Positions 60,345 to 64,000 of a DNA stretch of 64,000 bases are shown here, in pieces; position 1 is the stretch's first letter, and every line of letters begins with the position of its first letter. Made by a program: the position numbers and the translations under genes. Under the pieces are notes generated by a model that was given only the letters and a program-made list of their open reading frames with translations, did not search any database and was not told the origin of the DNA. Source of the DNA: OCS155 cluster bacterium AG-426-D23 (GTDB lineage Bacteria; Actinomycetota; Acidimicrobiia; Actinomarinales; Actinomarinaceae); NCBI GenBank assembly GCA_003213165.1, contig QCNO01000001.1:133403-197402 (forward strand). The letters run 5' to 3'.

Positions 60345-60819
60345 AAATACTTTATATCAAGTTGCTAAATTAGGTAAACCTCACTCCCTAAGTGGATTTC
60401 AATATATAAATATAGACAATTTTTTTAGAAGATTTGACTTAAGCAATATATCAATGCAAGTTGGTAATGAAGAACTAGTAGTTGAGAATTTTAAAACCCA
60501 CTTAAAAGATAGAAATCTAATTAAATTTAAAGATTTTGACACAATAGAGTCAATTGAGAGATTTAGGGATAAGGTTGTCTTTATTTCAGATAAATATAAA
60601 AATGATTTTTTGAATGATTGTAAGTTACCTTGGCCTGGATTTTTCATAAATAAAAACTTAGGCAAATCAGATTTAGTTTTACAAGGATTTAATTTTTCTC
60701 AAAACTTTACTTTTTGCGAAGTTTCTAATTTAACTGATTTTCCTATTCCTTATAACGATAAGTTTTTTTCCTATCAGAATGATGAACTTGTTTTAATTAA
60801 TGACAACCTAACTATTTAA
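60337..60819 (+). CDS. rimM: Ribosome maturation factor RimM (highly diverged)
   Basis: KLGKPHSLSG and LIKF...DT.E..E.FR resemble the RimM N-domain; synteny; C-terminal PRC barrel barely recognisable. Confidence 0.65.
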   Translation: MTKNTLYQVAKLGKPHSLSGFQYINIDNFFRRFDLSNISMQVGNEELVVENFKTHLKDRNLIKFKDFDTIESIERFRDKVVFISDKYKNDFLNDCKLPWPGFFINKNLGKSDLVLQGFNFSQNFTFCEVSNLTDFPIPYNDKFFSYQNDELVLINDNLTI

Positions 60820-61512
60820 CCAGTCAAAAATTAAATTACTGTATTTATCTTCTATCATATTCTCTGGATGCCATTGAATACCAATAGCATTCCATTCATT
60901 AGTAGTTTCTATTCCTTCTATAACACCATCATTTGATTTTGCAGTAATTTTTAAATCTTCACCTAATTTATCGATGCCTTGATGATGTATAGAATTTACC
61001 ATTATATTTTTTTCTTGAATTATTTCATATAGTTTTGAGTCTTCGTAAACTTCAATATCATGAATGTGAGATCGAGCATCTTCGAAAGGTTTATCGTGCT
61101 CGATGTCTTTAAAACCTGAATCACCCAGATCTTGATATAAAGTACCTTTTTTATAAACATTTAATAATTGATGTCCTCTACATATTGCAAGAGTTTTAAC
61201 ATTGTTTTTTTCTGCAGATTTCAGTAGATTCAATTCAGTAGAATCTCTATTGTCTGATATTCGAATTGTTTTAGAATCAATTTTTTGATTATACCTTTCT
61301 GGATTAATATCTCCACCTCCAGAAATTATCAAAGCATCAAATTTTGCAGCATCAATTTCCAGGTTATCATTTTGTGGACCAATAACTATCGCAGTATTCC
61401 CAAATTTGTTACATAAGTTTATAAAATCATTGTTTATTACAACAGATGGAATATTTCCAGGCGCCATTTGAACATCTTTTATTCCAGTTGAGATTCCAAT
61501 TAATTTACTCAT
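60808..61512 (-). CDS. Gamma-glutamyl-GABA hydrolase family (peptidase C26, PuuD-like)
   Basis: SGGGDI.P..Y, RD..E, AICRG.Q, VNS.HHQ, QWHPE. Start ATG 61512. Confidence 0.88.
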   Translation of the reverse strand: MSKLIGISTGIKDVQMAPGNIPSVVINNDFINLCNKFGNTAIVIGPQNDNLEIDAAKFDALIISGGGDINPERYNQKIDSKTIRISDNRDSTELNLLKSAEKNNVKTLAICRGHQLLNVYKKGTLYQDLGDSGFKDIEHDKPFEDARSHIHDIEVYEDSKLYEIIQEKNIMVNSIHHQGIDKLGEDLKITAKSNDGVIEGIETTNEWNAIGIQWHPENMIEDKYSNLIFDWLNS

Positions 61513-61921
61513 ACACAAAAATACATTGAACTTCCACTGATGCATTCAGTGGTAAGCTGGCAACCCCAACAGCAGATCGTGTTGACTTTTTATCAAAATA
61601 CTCTGCAAGCTTATCTGTAAAACCATTCAATATTTTTGCATGATCTTGAAAACCATTATCAGCATTTACGAACCCTAATACATTTACTGGCTGTAGATTT
61701 TCAATTTCACCATTTGCTAAAAGTGTAGATATAGTTAATTCAGCACATAGTGAAGCAGCTTCATAACCATCTTCCATTGATACCTCAGAAGGTATCTTTC
61801 CTTGAAATTTTTTCTTATCAGTAAATGGAACGTGACCAGATGTATATATATAATTTCCAACTTTTTTATATGTTACATAATTTCCAATAGCCTTTGGTGC
61901 AACTGGTAATTCTTTATCCAT
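61505..61921 (-). CDS. RidA/YjgF family protein (Rid1-like)
   Basis: GNY, SGH.P, RSAVGV.SLP....VE motifs. Confidence 0.87.
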   Translation of the reverse strand: MDKELPVAPKAIGNYVTYKKVGNYIYTSGHVPFTDKKKFQGKIPSEVSMEDGYEAASLCAELTISTLLANGEIENLQPVNVLGFVNADNGFQDHAKILNGFTDKLAEYFDKKSTRSAVGVASLPLNASVEVQCIFVYE

Positions 61922-62918
61922 TGTTTAGTAAGTTTCCAATTAAATCTACAACTCTGTTTGAATATCCCCACTCATTGTCATACCAGCAAACTACTTTTAC
62001 ATGATTACCTTCTAGTAGCTGAGTTGAAGAAGCATCATATATACTTGAGTGCGGATTATTTAAAATATCTGTAGATACAAGAGGCACCTCAGAATACTCT
62101 AATATTCCGTTCAACTCATTGTCTGCAGCATTCTTAACTGCTTTGTTGATATCATCTATAGAGACTTTTTTTTCTAATTCAACGACGAGATCAACAACGC
62201 TCCCATCAGGAACAGGCACTCTCATTGCCATCCCATCTAGTTTTCCATTAAGTTCTGGAAGTACCATACCAACAGCTTTTGCTGCACCTGTTGATGTTGG
62301 GATAATATTCTGTGTTGCACTACGTCCTCTTCTAAAGTCACTATGGGTAGTTTCAGCTAATGCTTGGTCATTAGTATATGCATGTACTGTGGTCATTAAT
62401 CCGGATATAATTCCAAAATTATCATCTAAAACTTTTGCTATAGGTGCTAAACAGTTTGTAGTGCAAGATGCATTTGATACTATTTTATCCTCAGGCTTAA
62501 GATCACTATCATTTACCCCGAGGACAATTGTTGCATCTATATCATCTTTAGGAGGTACAGTTAGTAATACTTTTTTAGCTCCGGCATCAAGATGTTTATT
62601 TAATGATTCACTATCTCTGAATATTCCAGTAGATTCAACAACAACATCAACATTCATCTCTTTCCATGGAAGGTCCGCAGGGTCTTTAATTGAAGTCAAT
62701 TGAATTGACCTGTCATCTACAATTAATTTGTCCCCAGCAACGCTCACATTACTATCTAATATTCCCATTACTGAGTCATGTTTAAGCAAGTAAGCAAGAT
62801 TTTCGTAGTTTCCTAAATCATTTATTGCCACGACATTTATATCAGAATCATTTTCTACAATAATCCTGAGAATTGATCTTCCAATTCTTCCAAAACCATT
62901 TATAGCTACGTTACCCAT
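61914..62918 (-). CDS. gap: Glyceraldehyde-3-phosphate dehydrogenase, type I
   Basis: INGFGRIGR, SNASCTTNCLAP, TTVHAYT, STGAAKAV, RVP, WYDNEWGY motifs. Confidence 0.97.
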   Translation of the reverse strand: MGNVAINGFGRIGRSILRIIVENDSDINVVAINDLGNYENLAYLLKHDSVMGILDSNVSVAGDKLIVDDRSIQLTSIKDPADLPWKEMNVDVVVESTGIFRDSESLNKHLDAGAKKVLLTVPPKDDIDATIVLGVNDSDLKPEDKIVSNASCTTNCLAPIAKVLDDNFGIISGLMTTVHAYTNDQALAETTHSDFRRGRSATQNIIPTSTGAAKAVGMVLPELNGKLDGMAMRVPVPDGSVVDLVVELEKKVSIDDINKAVKNAADNELNGILEYSEVPLVSTDILNNPHSSIYDASSTQLLEGNHVKVVCWYDNEWGYSNRVVDLIGNLLNNG

Positions 62919-63923
62919 TTAAAGCTCTTGTCCTAATCGTTTAATGGTGTCTATTATTCTTGAAGCGTAACCCCAACCGTTATCAAACCAAATTATTAAT
63001 TTTATTTTCTTATTATTAATACCCATTGTAGCAAGACCATCTATCAGGCCAGAAAGTGTGCTTCCGACTACATCAGATGAAACGATTGGGTCGTATGTAA
63101 TTCCGATTATGTTTTTTAACTCATTTTCTGAATAATTTTTAAGGAGATTGTTTATTTCTTCAATAGTCGTTTCTTTTGTAATATCTATTGTTAGGTCTAC
63201 TGTACTTCCATCAGGAATCGGAACTGTCATTGATGAGGATGCTATTTTATTTTTTAAAAAGGGAAGTACATTTACAATTACTTCGGATGATTTAGTAATA
63301 CTAGGTATTATATTTTCTCCAGCAGCCCTATTTAGTCTAAAACCTTCACCAGCTACATCAGCTAATCTGTTTGAGTTTGAATATCCATGTACAGTTGTTA
63401 AAAAAGCTCTTTCGACGCCTACATCTTTATTTAAAGCCTTTAGTATCGGTGCAACAGCATTTGCAGTATTCGATCCAAGTGAAAACACATCAGAATTAAA
63501 GTCAGTGTATTCATCGTTTGCACCAGGTACATAAATTTGAATATCTTTAAAGTTTTCTGGTGTAGAAGCAATTATTACTTTTTTACACCCTTTTGATAAA
63601 TGTATATCAACTTCTTCTTTTGTTTTTGGTTTACCAGTTGCAAGTATTACAACATCTGTTGCAATTGCTTCCCAATCTGCTTCATTTCCACCCTTCCAAG
63701 AGTTAAATATGATTTCTTTATTATCTACAACAATACCTTTTTCAGTCTCATGGATATCAGCATTTAATTTTCCGTATATTGAATCATATTTGAGCAAATA
63801 AATTAAGTTTTTTTTATCTGCGGTATCAGATATTGAGACTATGTTAATTTCTTTGTCTCCCAATGTTTGTCTAAATAGATCTCTACCTATTCTTCCAAAA
63901 CCAACAAGTGATACGTTTGTCAT
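62919..63923 (-). CDS. GAPDH paralogue lacking the catalytic cysteine
   Basis: Full-length 334-aa GAPDH fold (GFGRIGR, LLKYDS, TTVH, DGS.VDL, WFDN.WGY), but SLGSNTAN replaces SNASCTTN. Confidence 0.85.
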   Translation of the reverse strand: MTNVSLVGFGRIGRDLFRQTLGDKEINIVSISDTADKKNLIYLLKYDSIYGKLNADIHETEKGIVVDNKEIIFNSWKGGNEADWEAIATDVVILATGKPKTKEEVDIHLSKGCKKVIIASTPENFKDIQIYVPGANDEYTDFNSDVFSLGSNTANAVAPILKALNKDVGVERAFLTTVHGYSNSNRLADVAGEGFRLNRAAGENIIPSITKSSEVIVNVLPFLKNKIASSSMTVPIPDGSTVDLTIDITKETTIEEINNLLKNYSENELKNIIGITYDPIVSSDVVGSTLSGLIDGLATMGINNKKIKLIIWFDNGWGYASRIIDTIKRLGQEL

Positions 63924-64000
63924 TAACCCTCACAAAACTAATGAGTAATTGTTGTTACAATCAACTAATAATATACCTTAAAAACACAAAGCATGAGAGA

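Noticed and set aside
62119..63534. Long antisense ORFs (62119..62703, 63148..63534) and similar short shadow ORFs across the window
   Set aside because: They lie opposite or inside well-supported genes, show no motifs, and are explained by codon bias.
63993..64000. Possible ATG of a next plus-strand gene at the window edge
   Set aside because: Only 8 nt are visible; cannot be supported.

Overview
AT-rich, very gene-dense core-genome segment of a streamlined bacterium. Intergenic gaps are tiny and many genes overlap (ATGA/TAATG). The gene order recG-rsmD-coaD-SepIVA-like-yceD-rpmF-plsX-rnc-mutM-smc, together with ino1 and two F420-dependent enzyme families, points to a low-GC marine actinobacterium such as Ca. 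Actinomarina (inference). Contents: transporters, a maltodextrin ABC/GH13/MalQ cluster with ThuA and Gfo/Idh/MocA, an acyl-CoA catabolic region, a three-gene Rad52/Sak-like operon, a membrane-anchored MurF-like/Ddl-like operon, an inverted-topology photolyase, nucleoside salvage, ETF, ribosomal genes and tandem GAPDH paralogues. I saw no rRNA, tRNA, CRISPR array, integrase or transposase. Most notable: (1) an 883-aa SMC with intact heads but no recognisable hinge; (2) a GAPDH paralogue lacking the catalytic Cys, abutting the intact gap; (3) two different 4-hydroxyacyl-CoA dehydration chemistries in one region (Fe-S/FAD 4-hydroxybutyryl-CoA dehydratase and a split ACAD10/11- or LvaA/LvaC-like pair); (4) an orphan Rad52-family annealase operon near a RecB-family nuclease; (5) pervasive leaderless promoter architecture. 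All family calls come from motif recognition by eye, not database searches.
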